Shown piece after piece: positions 9,924-18,721 of a stretch of DNA of 41,465 nt (positions within the stretch are counted from its first letter, which is position 1; every line of letters begins with the position of its first letter). Made by a program: the position numbers and the translations under genes. A model generated the notes under the pieces. That model worked only from the letters and a program-made list of their open reading frames with translations, was not told where the DNA came from and did not search any database. This stretch comes from a virus (lineage: Duplodnaviria; Caudoviricetes), in IMG/VR virus record IMGVR_UViG_3300011116_000485, positions 1 to 41,465 of that record. One strand, written 5' to 3'.

Positions 9924-10400
9924 TTAGATGATCGCGAAACCGGACGGATAATACTTGCGACCATCCTGAATGTCCTTCGTGATGTACGCGCACACGCTTC
10001 CCGTGGTGGGAGTCGAGCCAACCGTGGTGTAGCGCGCGCCGAGGTACTGCGTACCCTTGCTCGCGTTCTGCGGGTTGATGCGGACATAGAAGGTGGCATT
10101 CGCGGTCAGGCTGGCCAGCGGAACTGCGCCAGACGAACCGATGGGAACCACGCCAGTGGACAGGTCAGCAGCAGTCGAACCAATGACTTCAAACTGAAGC
10201 GAAGTCAGGGTGTTGTATGCGGCAACCACGGTGAACACCACATACAGATCCTCACCTTCGCCAATATCGCGAATGTTGGACAGGTTGATGGTGTTGGTGG
10301 ACAGCACGGGAGTGCCAGAAGCGGGAAGAGCGGCCTGACCAGTGACCACGCCAGTAGCGGGCACAGTGCCCGAAAGGACGGAGTTGTTTTCAATAATCAT
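9924..10400 (-). CDS. Capsid cement/decoration protein (Bbp16-like)
   Basis: STNTINL..IRDIGEGEDLYV...TSLQFEV...QYLGARYT motif; directly after the major capsid gene. Confidence 0.8.
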   Translation of the reverse strand: MIIENNSVLSGTVPATGVVTGQAALPASGTPVLSTNTINLSNIRDIGEGEDLYVVFTVVAAYNTLTSLQFEVIGSTAADLSTGVVPIGSSGAVPLASLTANATFYVRINPQNASKGTQYLGARYTTVGSTPTTGSVCAYITKDIQDGRKYYPSGFAII

Positions 10401-10433
10401 TTGAGAATGATCCTTTCTGTTTCAGTTGTCCTA

Positions 10434-11465
10434 TTAGGACACCTGCGATTCGGTGTTCAGGATGGCGTCAACGCGACGCAGCGGAACGCCAAGGAACGAC
10501 AGCCACGAATAGGGCATACCGAACTGCGACAGACCCTCATTGACCTTCAGCACATACTGGCTCTTGTCAAGCGCAGCAACAGTGAGGCCACTGTGGACGG
10601 TGCGGTTCATGTAGAACGCAGCCTTGCCCATTGCCATGTTCGGAACGCGGTACAGGGCACGAGCCATCAACTTGATCAGCGCGGTGCTGGCGTTAGCCGC
10701 CTGCGAACCACTCTGGCCAAGAAGACTGGTGGTGTTGATGTTGGCGATACGAACCACATAACGCCAATCCTTCACGACCAAGCCGTTCTTCCACTGATAA
10801 CGGGTGGCGTAAGCCTGAAGACGGGTTGCATCACTGTTGTACACAGTCTGCTCGCCCAGATCCTCATGGATCAGACCAGCCTTGCTGCCCTTGGGGAAGG
10901 GGCAGTACACGGTCTGATCGCCCCACACAACCAGATACACCGAAGTGTTGGCAGTCGAAGAGTAACTGTCGCTACCAAGGGCGCTGATGACATTCGATCC
11001 GTTGCCAGCCGAAGTCGAACTGTAGCGCGTGGCCAAACCAAGGAACTGCTTCGGATCAGTGGCGGGGTTGCCATAGAACAGAGTCGTTGCCTGCGTCTGG
11101 TTCATTGCCTCAAGGAACGCGGTGTCTTCCGACAGACGGAACTGCGCCGTGTTGCCGTTGAGCATCGCCAGATCCTTGTCCACCTCACTGCGGGCTTCCA
11201 GAATGCCGCAAGCCTCATCGACCTGCGCGGTCGTGGACTTGCTGTTCGGGATGCCCTGATTCAGCGCGCGCCAGTACACGGTCGGAAGACCAGTACGGAT
11301 CACGACGCGGTCGCCAGTGGGAAGGTTGCCTTCCTTGAAAACGCAATCCTCAAGGATTTCGTTGCTCTGCGAAAGGAGTTCAGCAATGACCGGAATGCGG
11401 CCATCTGGATCGGATCGCTTGGCCCAATCGGCCAGCGTCAGGTTAGTGTTGGTGATTTCTGCCAT
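10434..11465 (-). CDS. Major capsid protein (BPP-1/epsilon15-like)
   Basis: LTLADWAKRSDPDG, ELLSQSNEIL, RTGLP...R.LNQG, GLVVKDWRYVVRIANI, FLGVPLRRVDAILNTES; strong codon bias. Confidence 0.95.
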   Translation of the reverse strand: MAEITNTNLTLADWAKRSDPDGRIPVIAELLSQSNEILEDCVFKEGNLPTGDRVVIRTGLPTVYWRALNQGIPNSKSTTAQVDEACGILEARSEVDKDLAMLNGNTAQFRLSEDTAFLEAMNQTQATTLFYGNPATDPKQFLGLATRYSSTSAGNGSNVISALGSDSYSSTANTSVYLVVWGDQTVYCPFPKGSKAGLIHEDLGEQTVYNSDATRLQAYATRYQWKNGLVVKDWRYVVRIANINTTSLLGQSGSQAANASTALIKLMARALYRVPNMAMGKAAFYMNRTVHSGLTVAALDKSQYVLKVNEGLSQFGMPYSWLSFLGVPLRRVDAILNTESQVS

Positions 11466-11482
11466 GTGAAAGGTTCCTTATG

Positions 11483-12130
11483 TTAGGAGTTGTTGTTGGA
11501 ATAGAGGGTTGCAGCAGCGGACGCAAAGTCACGGACGGCGGGCTTGTTTGCTGCGCTTGATCCGTTCGTTACGACATACTGATCCTCACTGATCGCCTTG
11601 CCTGCCCTGTAGAAAAACCGGATCAATTCCGGATGATTTCCAAGGCCAGACTCATTCAAAAGTGATCGCAGTTCGGGCGTGCCAAATGTGTCGAGAGCCT
11701 TCTTGGCAACGGCAAGGTTTGACTGGATGTTGTCTCCGCCAAATTCCTTGTCAGCCTGCGAGGTCTGCGCCCACTCTTGCCGAATCGCCTCAAGATTCTG
11801 TGCCTGCCGTTCTGCGGCCTTGGCTCCTACCTTGTCCAGAATCTTCTGCGCGGATTCCTGTGACAGATTCAATTCCTTGGCGATGTCGGAGAACGAAGTA
11901 ATAACTTCGTTATCAAAGTTCCTGCCTTCAGGAGCCTTGAATTCGTACTTCTCTGGTGCGCCCTTGGGAGCATCAGCCTTGACCGCTTCGGTTTTCACAG
12001 CATCCGTAGTGGTCTGCTGTGCCTGTTGAGAATCCGCTACCTGTCCATCCACCACCATCGTGGGAGATGCCTGATCAACGGCTGGCGCGTTATTGGTTGT
12101 TGGCGCTTCCGTCGTTGTTGGTTCGTTCAT
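11483..12130 (-). CDS. Capsid scaffolding/assembly protein
   Basis: APEKYEFKAPEG...AKELNLSQESAQK...DKEFGG...LLNESGLGNHPELIRFF..GKAISED; precedes the capsid gene. Confidence 0.85.
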   Translation of the reverse strand: MNEPTTTEAPTTNNAPAVDQASPTMVVDGQVADSQQAQQTTTDAVKTEAVKADAPKGAPEKYEFKAPEGRNFDNEVITSFSDIAKELNLSQESAQKILDKVGAKAAERQAQNLEAIRQEWAQTSQADKEFGGDNIQSNLAVAKKALDTFGTPELRSLLNESGLGNHPELIRFFYRAGKAISEDQYVVTNGSSAANKPAVRDFASAAATLYSNNNS

Positions 12131-12434
12131 TGGTGTTTTCCTTCATCATCACTGGATACTGCTTGGGACACACTGCGTGGATCGTTGACAGGATTCGTAA
12201 TCCGTAGTTTCTGTTGCCTTCGGCAAAGGCCATTGCCATTGCGTTGGTATTGAACGAACTCCGAAATACGCCTGCCTGATCCATAAGCCGCCACAACAAA
12301 CGACGGCCACGCTTGTCCGACATCAGCCACTTGATGTCTTCCTCCTCATTCTCGCGGTCAAGCCGTTCGCGCAGTTCACGATCTGCCTGCGCGCGTTCCT
12401 GACTTTTGATGTCGAGGGGGTCGTAACTAGTCAC
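12090..12434 (-). CDS. Bbp19-like head protein
   Basis: DIKWLMSDKRGRRLLWRL..AGVFRSSF...AFAEGNRNYGL motif; GTG start 6 nt downstream of a -10 box (leaderless). Confidence 0.8.
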   Translation of the reverse strand: MTSYDPLDIKSQERAQADRELRERLDRENEEEDIKWLMSDKRGRRLLWRLMDQAGVFRSSFNTNAMAMAFAEGNRNYGLRILSTIHAVCPKQYPVMMKENTNERTNNDGSANNQ

Positions 12435-12440
12435 GGCGAA

Positions 12441-12473
12441 ACCATAGTCATTATTGCAATAACTATGGATACC
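12441..12473 (-). promoter_or_regulatory. Putative late promoter GGTATCCATA-N17-TATGGT
   Basis: Motif recurs at 18712 and 34997; spacer contains the perfect palindrome TTATTGCAATAA (12451-12462). Confidence 0.7.
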
Positions 12474-12476
12474 TTT

Positions 12477-13787
12477 TTACTGAACAGACAGTTGATACCC
12501 CTCAAGGGTCACAACAGTATTGGCCGTATTTACAGTTGCCTTGATCGCAAATGTCTGATCGGAACCGTATGCAACGGAGAATTCCTGATACGCGGTGGTA
12601 GCAGTACCGTGTCCGGTCGCTGCTGCGGGGCCAGTCACGATCTTGCCACTTCCACGCGCCCAAGCAATCTTGTTCACATTTGCGGTGGTAGTTGTAGTCA
12701 GGCTGCCGCTGTTGTAGATGTCGTTTCCGGCATATTCAATTTCAAAAACCTTGGTTGCGGCAGAATTCGGGTAGGTAAACAGCGCATTGACTTCCATGTT
12801 GCCATTCTGCGTAAGCAGTCCACCTTCAACGGTGAAAGAAGTCATTGTGATTGCTTCAGTAGCAGCCTTGACGGCAGCAGTTCCGTACCAAAGGATGCAA
12901 GTGTGCGTGCCAGATCCAACTGCGGTGGCAAGGATCGATGCGCCACCAGCACTTGCTGAAAGCGTAAACGAGTTTGCAGAAATGACGCTGTTTACATAAT
13001 AAGTCGTGGCGGTTGAAAACCCGGTTGGAAGCGAACTAGTGGTTGTAAAGCGCACCTGATCACCAACCGAACGACCATGGCCCGTCCACGAAATGACGGT
13101 TGGTGTAATGATCGCGGTGTGCGTGCTGGTTCCGTCAGTCGTGCAAACGATTTCACTTCCGCCAGTCGGGCCAGTCATCACCGTAAACGAATTTGCGCTG
13201 ATGACGCGAGAAACATAGTAAGTCGTTCCAGTTGCCAGTCCAGACGGAAGAGTGCCTGCCGTAGCGAATTGCATTGCATCGCCAACAACTCGACCATGCG
13301 AAGTCCAGTTGACCAGCACTGGCGAGTTGTAGTTTGGCAAAACCGCAGTCTGGCCACTAACAAGGTTGTACGACGAGAAGGTGACCGTTGCCACCGTTGA
13401 CGAAGAAGTCGAGAATGTGGCAGTGCCCGAAACATAGGGCAAGTTGATGGTAATTGCGGTTCCCGAAGTGTCCGTGTCAAGAGCGGTTACTGGATAGAGG
13501 CCGCTTACGCCGCTGCCGCTAGTCCAAGTCACATACACGCTGGTGTTGATTGCTGGAGTAATTACAGCAGCAGTGGTCAGGCCGTGCGCGCCAGTTCCGT
13601 TCAAGCGAACATTGCCGCTATTGGAATTGAAACTGGTGACAGTGCTGAAAGTCGAAGCAACCGGAACAACACTGATTCCGTTGAAATTGGTGTAAACCTT
13701 TGGAGTAAATCGATTACCAACCACGCCAACAATGACATTGTTTTCGTCAACTGTAAACGGTGGATTGGCAGAAATCTTGGTGGGCAT
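12477..13787 (-). CDS. Putative head fibre/spike protein
   Basis: 436 aa, Thr/Ser/Gly-rich; two repeats W..HGR.VGD...F.T...LP.G..T.TTYYV..VISANSFT; follows the spike-base gene. Confidence 0.6.
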   Translation of the reverse strand: MPTKISANPPFTVDENNVIVGVVGNRFTPKVYTNFNGISVVPVASTFSTVTSFNSNSGNVRLNGTGAHGLTTAAVITPAINTSVYVTWTSGSGVSGLYPVTALDTDTSGTAITINLPYVSGTATFSTSSSTVATVTFSSYNLVSGQTAVLPNYNSPVLVNWTSHGRVVGDAMQFATAGTLPSGLATGTTYYVSRVISANSFTVMTGPTGGSEIVCTTDGTSTHTAIITPTVISWTGHGRSVGDQVRFTTTSSLPTGFSTATTYYVNSVISANSFTLSASAGGASILATAVGSGTHTCILWYGTAAVKAATEAITMTSFTVEGGLLTQNGNMEVNALFTYPNSAATKVFEIEYAGNDIYNSGSLTTTTTANVNKIAWARGSGKIVTGPAAATGHGTATTAYQEFSVAYGSDQTFAIKATVNTANTVVTLEGYQLSVQ

Positions 13788-13805
13788 TGTGTGTTCCTTT
13801 TTGAA

Positions 13806-14069
13806 TCAGTACAGAGCAACCATATTGGTCGCCGTGGTGGTAGTTGAGTTGATTCGCACAAAGCGAATCGGAATGATTGCGCCAGCAGGAACGCCAGTGA
13901 AATTCACGGCATCACCGTTTGGCATGACCGCAACAACAATGCCTGTGCCTCCAACATAAAGAGCGCGAGCAACACCAGTAATGTTTACGGTGTCGCTTTT
14001 TGTGATTGCTTCTGCGTACTCGTACTGATTGATCGATGAAGACGGGGTGTAGTTTGAAGAAATTGCCAT
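13806..14069 (-). CDS. Head spike base protein (RcGTA Rcc01079/GhsA-like)
   Basis: AITKSD....ARALYVGGTG.V......G..V.F.GVPAG..IPIR..RI.ST.TTAT..VALY matches the family signature as recalled. Confidence 0.75.
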   Translation of the reverse strand: MAISSNYTPSSSINQYEYAEAITKSDTVNITGVARALYVGGTGIVVAVMPNGDAVNFTGVPAGAIIPIRFVRINSTTTTATNMVALY

Positions 14070-14078
14070 AAGAATTCC

Positions 14079-14498
14079 TTACGCGAGGCGCGTCAACTTG
14101 TAGAGAGTGGTGGAAATTAGCGAGCAAATTGCATCAACATCGTTCTGGATGTGGCTTTCAGTGCCCATCGCAGAACGGTTCTGCTCAAGGTAGTCGTAGA
14201 TGCCCTGAACTTCAGCCAGAGGCGTTGCAGCCAATTCAAACGAACCACTGGTGAACTTCAACTTGTTGCCAGTGCAACCCATGTACGACTCCGAAAGGCT
14301 GTCCACAGCCTCGCGCAGAGCGTCGTACACGCCAAGAGCCATGTGCTTTGCAAAAGATCCCGGGCCATCAACCATGAGGTGATGCATATGAATGGCGTTT
14401 GCGCCGTGCATCAAGCGAGACACGAACTGGCTAGCGGCCCCGGCATCGCTGCCGCCTTCGCTGCCGTAAAGAAGAGTGGTCTTGTTCATCATTGACAT
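14079..14498 (-). CDS. Ferritin/Dps-like four-helix protein
   Basis: IHMHHL...SFAKHMAL..YD.L...VDSLSESYMG and the C-terminal LYKL resemble Dps-like ferroxidase-centre motifs. Confidence 0.6.
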   Translation of the reverse strand: MSMMNKTTLLYGSEGGSDAGAASQFVSRLMHGANAIHMHHLMVDGPGSFAKHMALGVYDALREAVDSLSESYMGCTGNKLKFTSGSFELAATPLAEVQGIYDYLEQNRSAMGTESHIQNDVDAICSLISTTLYKLTRLA

Positions 14499-14812
14499 TG
14501 TTTTCTCCGTTTGTCTGATTTTGATTGTAAGGCTGTTCGCCTATATCCCAAAGAAAAAAGCACTTTGCCTATTGCATCCCCGGTATCCGTGACTGCCTGC
14601 TCGTCCAATGCTGGGACGCACGCATGAAGGATTTCGTGTGAGATGACTTCAAGCAATTTGCGATCACGAAGCGTTCTGCGAACCCTGATGGTGGGGTGTC
14701 TGCCGGGAGGGTGGTCGCAATCTCCAAGCGAGTCGCGCGGCATCTCACTGGCTGGAACCAGCCGAATCCGCCACCAACGCCCATTGATTTTGACCCGCGT
14801 TTCATTGCGCAT
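14489..14812 (-). CDS. Small HExxH (zincin-like) metallopeptidase
   Basis: Probable start MRNETRVKINGRWW overlapping the upstream gene end; LGDCD...I.V...LEVISHEILHA. Confidence 0.7.
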   Translation of the reverse strand: MRNETRVKINGRWWRIRLVPASEMPRDSLGDCDHPPGRHPTIRVRRTLRDRKLLEVISHEILHACVPALDEQAVTDTGDAIGKVLFSLGYRRTALQSKSDKRRKQCQ

Positions 14813-15800
14813 CGTGGACATCCCACGCAATCCTTGGAACTCCACGCCTACTGCTTTCAGCACCAGCAACATCCCATTGCAAATAGATTCGCACCCACTT
14901 TTGACGGAGCGGAGAAGGGCCAAAGTTCTTTTCCACTTCCCATCCGTGCGAACCATCTTTCCATCCGTCTTTCGTAGTTCCGACGCGGATGAAATCACAA
15001 TACCTTTTTTCAATTTTGTATACCCCGTTTTGAGTTGACAGGTATTCGCGCGCAATGCCAACGACATTACTTGTGTGCAAATGGCTAGTTACGATGCTGT
15101 CAGCGCCCTCAATCATGGAGTACATGCGGCGCACATCAAGCACGCCAAATGACATCATTGCGCCACCGCCGCCTCCGTGGTGGTATCTCTGGGTGTAGGT
15201 CAAACGATTTCCGCCTAACTCAAATTGCCACTTGACCCAACCGCCGTAACCCCCTGTGCCAACAGGGGAATGCGCGCGATCTTTGATAGCCCTAACTAAA
15301 TGCGCGGTCGGATCACTTTCGCGATGCCTCATCCACGCGCTTTCGTGATTTCCTTGGGCCACCATCCCAATGTGCGAGGCATACGGCGCAAACAGGTCAG
15401 CAGCCTGATCGATCACCCTGTCAAAGTAATTATCTGACAACAGGGTGCTGCGAAGAGCCGATTTGCTGCCGCGCTTATCGCCTACGCCCTGCATCAAATC
15501 AAGGCTGTCACCGATGCACAGCACTACAGCGTCACGCTCAACAGCCTGCGCCAACAGGCGCGTAGTCATCTCGTTGTGCGCACCCTTGCTGTCCACATGG
15601 TTGTCAGCAAGCAACAAGCACCATTGCTCAAAATTGCCCATGGCTGGGCGCTTGACCTTGATCACATGGATGTTGCTGCTGTGATGCTCAATTTCCCAGC
15701 CGCGCTTCCGGTCTGGGTATTTCTTGATACCCGGAACGACAATCTCGCCCGTGGCCTTATCAGCCTTGGGTTTCTTTGGTTTGGCCGGAAGGCGCGCCAT
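14802..15800 (-). CDS. Calcineurin-like metallophosphoesterase
   Basis: Motifs D-x-H (ADNH), GD-x-x-D (IGDSLD), GNHE, HHG and SHLH in canonical order. Confidence 0.85.
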   Translation of the reverse strand: MARLPAKPKKPKADKATGEIVVPGIKKYPDRKRGWEIEHHSSNIHVIKVKRPAMGNFEQWCLLLADNHVDSKGAHNEMTTRLLAQAVERDAVVLCIGDSLDLMQGVGDKRGSKSALRSTLLSDNYFDRVIDQAADLFAPYASHIGMVAQGNHESAWMRHRESDPTAHLVRAIKDRAHSPVGTGGYGGWVKWQFELGGNRLTYTQRYHHGGGGGAMMSFGVLDVRRMYSMIEGADSIVTSHLHTSNVVGIAREYLSTQNGVYKIEKRYCDFIRVGTTKDGWKDGSHGWEVEKNFGPSPLRQKWVRIYLQWDVAGAESSRRGVPRIAWDVHDAQ

Positions 15801-15802
15801 TG

Positions 15803-17518
15803 TTACACCTCAACGGGTGAGGGCGAGTTGTATCCAGAGAACATGTTCATAATGTCGGTCAGAGCGTTCTGCTGTCCGCTACCAGTTGGCGATTGCGCCA
15901 AGTTCTTTGCGGTTTCGGATTGCTGCTGCATTGCCGCCGCCTGCTCCTTGGCAGCCATGGCCTGATTGCGAGCCTGACGAACCATCGCAACCTGCTTGTC
16001 TGCAACAATCAGACTTGGATCAACTCCAAGCATTTCGCTGTAGACATCAGCCCACTGATCCGAATCAAACTTGTCCAAAACATCAGGCTTCATCTGGGCA
16101 ATAGCACCCAGATTTCCGACAAACCGATCAACACTGTTCGTGCCGATTGCTCGCTGGGCTTGTGCCAACATGGACACAAACTCAACATTCAGATCCATGC
16201 CCTGAAGTTCAGGAGGAGCAGGCGGAACAATCCCGGCATCAATCATTCGGGTGAAAGTGATGTCGATCAGCGGATCCAGCAACTCGTTGTGCAGGCGCTC
16301 AAGCACCGGGCCAAGCATCAGCAACTTCTCTTCATGCCGCTCTGCGACTTCCGTCGCGGTCATGCGAGTGTCAGTAGCGTTGGCCAGCATCAAGAACAGA
16401 TCAGCGTAGAAAGATCCGCGCACGCGCTCGCGGACATCCTGAATGTCCATCAGCAGGTGCTGAAGGTTCAAGTTCACATCGAAAGCAGACTTGATGCTGT
16501 TTTGGCCATCGACAAAAGTGATGCCTCCGGGCAGCGTGTCCACATCGCGATTCTTCATGTTTGTCGGAACCTGAAGCGGCGGCTTGGTCTGGTAGTCAAT
16601 CACCTGCGCCTTGCGAAGTTGCTCATGCTGCAACTGCTTGATGTCTCCAAGAGCCTCCATGCCCGGACTGTTGCCGTAAATATCTCCGCCAGCAACCGCC
16701 CAGCGGGGAACCAGACAAGGAAACTGCTTGAATCCGCCCTCGCGAAGGAACTTGTTGGGGTCGCCGCCAACCTCAAAGTAATACGAAGCCCAAGGCATGT
16801 TCTTCGCGTCAGCCTTCTTCGCATCGCGGTCGGCACGCGGCTCAATTGCGTGAATCAGCGGAATCCACTTGTCCAGATTGCCACGGTCGTACATGTTCTT
16901 GACCGTGTTGCTGCAATTCTTGTAGCCAAACTCCTTGACCACCTCGCCCACGGTCTTCTCAAACTCGCGGTACAGGCTGCACACCCGGCCCTGATAGTCC
17001 TGCGCAATGCAATACTCGCCGCAAGTCACCGGGTAATGGTGAATGACATTCGTGTAGTCCGGAAGCAAGATCGACACGCCAGTGCCAAACGCTCCCAGTT
17101 CCTCGTACATGCCATGCAGCGTGCGGTAAGTGTTGCTGCGCTGAAACACCGTTTGCATACGCTTGGTCACATCGTCAAGCCACATCTTCACGGGTTGATA
17201 GTTGTTCAGGCCGGGATCTGCGGTCGCGAGCCTGAACCACGGACGAGCAGGCGAAGTTGCGCCAGCCATCATGCCAGCGCCAAGGGTTCGTAGCGCCCTC
17301 GTTCCCGTGTTGTCGTAGATGTTGTTGTGTCGCCGCCAGCCCTTGTCACGATCCTGTCGGTAAAAACGACCGTTACGAGGCAACAGAAAGTTTGTGATCT
17401 CCTGCCAATGCGCCCACCATGTGGCACGCTCCGTCTTCAGTTGACCCCAACGGGTAAACAACTGGTCGCGCCGTGGCGCTCCCGCATAAGACTGTGCATC
17501 ACCAACATGTTGACTCAT
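15803..17518 (-). CDS. Portal (head-to-tail connector) protein
   Basis: 571 aa; TSPARPWFRL, ELGAFGT, RW....GDIYGNSPG, MTATEVAERHEEKL..LGPVLERL typical of T7/BPP-1-type portals. Confidence 0.95.
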   Translation of the reverse strand: MSQHVGDAQSYAGAPRRDQLFTRWGQLKTERATWWAHWQEITNFLLPRNGRFYRQDRDKGWRRHNNIYDNTGTRALRTLGAGMMAGATSPARPWFRLATADPGLNNYQPVKMWLDDVTKRMQTVFQRSNTYRTLHGMYEELGAFGTGVSILLPDYTNVIHHYPVTCGEYCIAQDYQGRVCSLYREFEKTVGEVVKEFGYKNCSNTVKNMYDRGNLDKWIPLIHAIEPRADRDAKKADAKNMPWASYYFEVGGDPNKFLREGGFKQFPCLVPRWAVAGGDIYGNSPGMEALGDIKQLQHEQLRKAQVIDYQTKPPLQVPTNMKNRDVDTLPGGITFVDGQNSIKSAFDVNLNLQHLLMDIQDVRERVRGSFYADLFLMLANATDTRMTATEVAERHEEKLLMLGPVLERLHNELLDPLIDITFTRMIDAGIVPPAPPELQGMDLNVEFVSMLAQAQRAIGTNSVDRFVGNLGAIAQMKPDVLDKFDSDQWADVYSEMLGVDPSLIVADKQVAMVRQARNQAMAAKEQAAAMQQQSETAKNLAQSPTGSGQQNALTDIMNMFSGYNSPSPVEV

Positions 17519-17521
17519 TTG

Positions 17522-17860
17522 TTAGCCCCCAAGAAGGGTGTTCTTTCCAAGCGCAAGAGCATTCGGATCAACGCCGCCCGGGCCAGTAAGCATCGTGCCA
17601 CTTGGGCCACCAGCCGCACCCTTTGCAGCGTTTGCCATGATCGAAGACATATCAGGCATTCGACGGTTCGCAGCATTCATCGCGTATTCGCTTTTGCGAT
17701 TCTGCGATTCAGCCTGCGCCGCAGCCTGATCCTGCGCCTGCTTCTGCTGCTGCATGGCCTTTTCCTGACTCTTCTTGCCCTCTTGGCTCTGGTAAATCGA
17801 AAAGCCAGTACCAGCCGCAACTGCGGCAACGGTCACAACTGCTGCAATAACTGCACTCAT
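17522..17860 (-). CDS. Small virion protein preceding the portal (T7 gp7.3-like position)
   Basis: Hydrophobic N-terminus, Gln/Ala-rich middle, TMLTGPGGV...GKNTLLGG C-terminus. Confidence 0.7.
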   Translation of the reverse strand: MSAVIAAVVTVAAVAAGTGFSIYQSQEGKKSQEKAMQQQKQAQDQAAAQAESQNRKSEYAMNAANRRMPDMSSIMANAAKGAAGGPSGTMLTGPGGVDPNALALGKNTLLGG

Positions 17861-18675
17861 TAGCGTTCCTCCAATTGATTTGCGATAGCCCTTGCTGCTC
17901 CGTAGTCCACGGTGATTTCCTCATCCGCAGCAATGTCACGAAGCGCAACCAAGTCCAACTCGCTGCCTCCTACGCCAACACAAAAGTGCGCGTTCGGATC
18001 ATGCGAATGATTCGTCCACCTGCCAGTGATGCATCGCTTCCCGTCAATCCGCGCAGGAGCAATTCGCTGGCCAGCACCAAGCGGCGCAATGGCAAACATT
18101 CCAATCCCGTGAATCGGTGAGCCACGACGCTCGCACAGCACTTCGCACTCTGGCGTGCTGATGCAGTCATCCGCGTGGCGCACAATCAAATCAATCTGGC
18201 CGGAAGTGAACCCGCTGCCCTCAACAAACAAACCGTAAGACTCGCGAGCATCTGAAATCCAGCGATCAGGCTGAACCTCTCGACGGGTCTGAAGCATTTC
18301 CGCCTCGCTGGTCAATGCACATTCTGCATCGTCCACAGTTGCGGCATCCGTGGGGATCAGCGTAGTCCAGTGCGTTTCGGCGTGGGTGATGCCAGCCCTG
18401 CGCGCACCAGACTTCGCTGGCAGCACATGGTATCCCGTCAGGCGCTGCACCCCCTCATCCGTTGTCACGGTGATGTCGCCATGCACGATGCAGATGTTGT
18501 CCATCGAAGTCAGCGCGCCAGTCAGCATCGTTCCCGCAGGAATGCGGATCGTGCGTGCGTACATCCCACCGTGCAGCAGGCTTGATGTGTCCAGCACAAC
18601 CTGCGGCAACGCGAGTGCGGCGGACTGTAATTCCGCGACCATCTCGTTTCGGTGTTGCCGCAGATCAGTGGACAT
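17860..18675 (-). CDS. Cupin-like + SET-domain (protein lysine methyltransferase-like) fusion
   Basis: Probable start MSTDL (18675). N-terminal LPQ...GMYARTIRIPAG...LTG...GDITVTT...G.RRAG...ETHWTT cupin-like; C-terminal SPIHGIGMFA, GRWTNHSHDPN, ALRDIAADEEITVDY are SET motifs. Confidence 0.85.
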   Translation of the reverse strand: MSTDLRQHRNEMVAELQSAALALPQVVLDTSSLLHGGMYARTIRIPAGTMLTGALTSMDNICIVHGDITVTTDEGVQRLTGYHVLPAKSGARRAGITHAETHWTTLIPTDAATVDDAECALTSEAEMLQTRREVQPDRWISDARESYGLFVEGSGFTSGQIDLIVRHADDCISTPECEVLCERRGSPIHGIGMFAIAPLGAGQRIAPARIDGKRCITGRWTNHSHDPNAHFCVGVGGSELDLVALRDIAADEEITVDYGAARAIANQLEER

Positions 18676-18688
18676 GGGTGTGTGAAAA

Positions 18689-18721
18689 ACCTTATTCATG
18701 CGCGTCGAAACTACGGATACC
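18689..18721 (-). promoter_or_regulatory. Putative late promoter GGTATCCGTA-N17-TAAGGT
   Basis: Intergenic, immediately after the terL stop; same motif and spacing as 12441-12473. Confidence 0.7.

Noticed and set aside
9648-11486. 612-aa plus-strand ORF antisense to capsid and cement genes
   Set aside because: Shadow ORF caused by the strong codon bias of the capsid gene; no recognisable motifs, RBS or promoter.
15893-17293. 466-aa plus-strand ORF antisense to the portal
   Set aside because: Mirror-frame artefact of a well-supported minus-strand gene.
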